Shown here: piece by piece, positions 62,990 through 64,000 of the stretch
Layout of the letters: each line of letters begins with the position of its first letter
Numbering within the stretch: the stretch's first letter is position 1
Origin: Malacoraja senta
Lineage: Eukaryota
Direction of reading: 5' to 3'
Assembly: GCA_038087875.1 (NCBI GenBank)
Contig: CM075990.1
Span: 3,164,001-3,228,000 of the forward strand
DNA: 64,000 bases
The notes under the pieces: model-generated
What the model saw: the letters and a program-made list of their open reading frames with translations, nothing else
Database searches by the model: none
Told to the model about the DNA's origin: nothing
Made by a program: the position numbers and the translations under genes

Positions 62990-64000
62990 CAGTTATAGTC
63001 ATACAGCATGGAAATAGGCCCTTCGGCCCAACCTGCCCACGCCGACCAACATGTCCCATCTAAACTAGTCCCACCTGCCTGTGTTTGTCCCATATTCCTC
63101 TAAGCCTATCCTAACCATGTACCTGTCCAAATGCTTTTTGAAAGTTGTTATAGTATCTGCTTCAACTACCTCTTCCGGCAGCTCGTTCCATATATGTACC
63201 CACCCTTTGTGGAAAAAGTTACCCCTCATCATCCCCCCCCCCCCCCCCCCCCACCCCCCTCAACTTAAACCTATGTCCTCTGGTTCTTGATTCTCCTACT
63301 CAAGGTGAAAGACTGTGCATTTACCCTATCTATTCCTCACATGATCTTATACACATAGAAACATAGAAACATAGGTGCAGGAGGAGGCAGTACCGCCATT
63401 CATTGTGATCATGGCTGATCGTCCCCTATCAATAACCCATGCCTGCCTTCTCCCCATATCCCTTGACTCCACTAGCCCCTAGAGCTCTATCTAACTCTCT
63501 CTTAAATCCATCCAGTGACTTGGCCTCCACTGCTCTCTGTGGCAGGGAATTCCATAAATTCCCAACTCTCTAGGTGAAAATCTTTTTTCTCACCTCAGTC
63601 TTAAATGACCTCCCCTTTATTCTAAGACTGTGTGGTTCTGGACTCGCCCAACATTGGTAACATTTTCCTGCATCTAGCTTGTCCAGTCCTTTTATAATTT
63701 TATATGTCTCTATAAGAAACACCTCTGTAAGATCAGTCCTCACCCCTCATCTCTGTAAGATCAGTCCTCACACCTCACCCTCCTGCGCTCGAAGCAATAC
63801 AACCCTAGTCTGCTCAACCTCTCCCTACAGCTCAGGCCCTCGAGTCCTGGCAACATCCTTGTAAATCTTCTCTGCACCCTTTTCAGCTTGACAACATCTG
63901 GTTGACCAAAACTGAACCCAATACTCTAAATGTGGCCACACCAATGTCTTCTACAATTGCGACATGACCTCCCAACTTCTGTATTCAATACTCGGACTGA
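62990..64000 (-). mobile_element. Nested CR1 fragments of two subfamilies
   Basis: The 63352-63715 copy sits inside a second-subfamily copy; 28-bp tandem duplication at 63723-63778. Confidence 0.8.

Overview
Repeat-dense, non-coding vertebrate DNA, most likely from an elasmobranch (skate, ray or shark). This is inferred from about 28 tRNA-derived V-SINEs of HE1 type and their CR1/HER1-type partner LINEs. I cannot support any host protein-coding exon; every recognisable ORF is a transposon fragment. Contents: a near full-length decayed HERO-type (RLE) retrotransposon with nested insertions; CR1, L2, Rex1, RTE, L1 and Tx1 fragments; Penelope (GIY-YIG) fragments with more than 20 minimal hammerhead motifs; PIF/Harbinger and hAT MITEs, one only 32 bp long; a Helitron-like element; a processed U6 pseudogene; a 4.6 kb (TG)n array; and a 200-N assembly gap. 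The most interesting signal is three short (139-164 bp) TSD-flanked insertions from two sequence families. Each starts exactly at G1 of a P4-less, CPEB3-like HDV ribozyme fold and ends in a structured 3' domain plus an (AAG)n tail. They look like promoterless, ribozyme-headed retroposons. Ribozyme activity and family names come from manual pairing and recall of known families and have not been tested. Coordinates of degenerate repeats are approximate.
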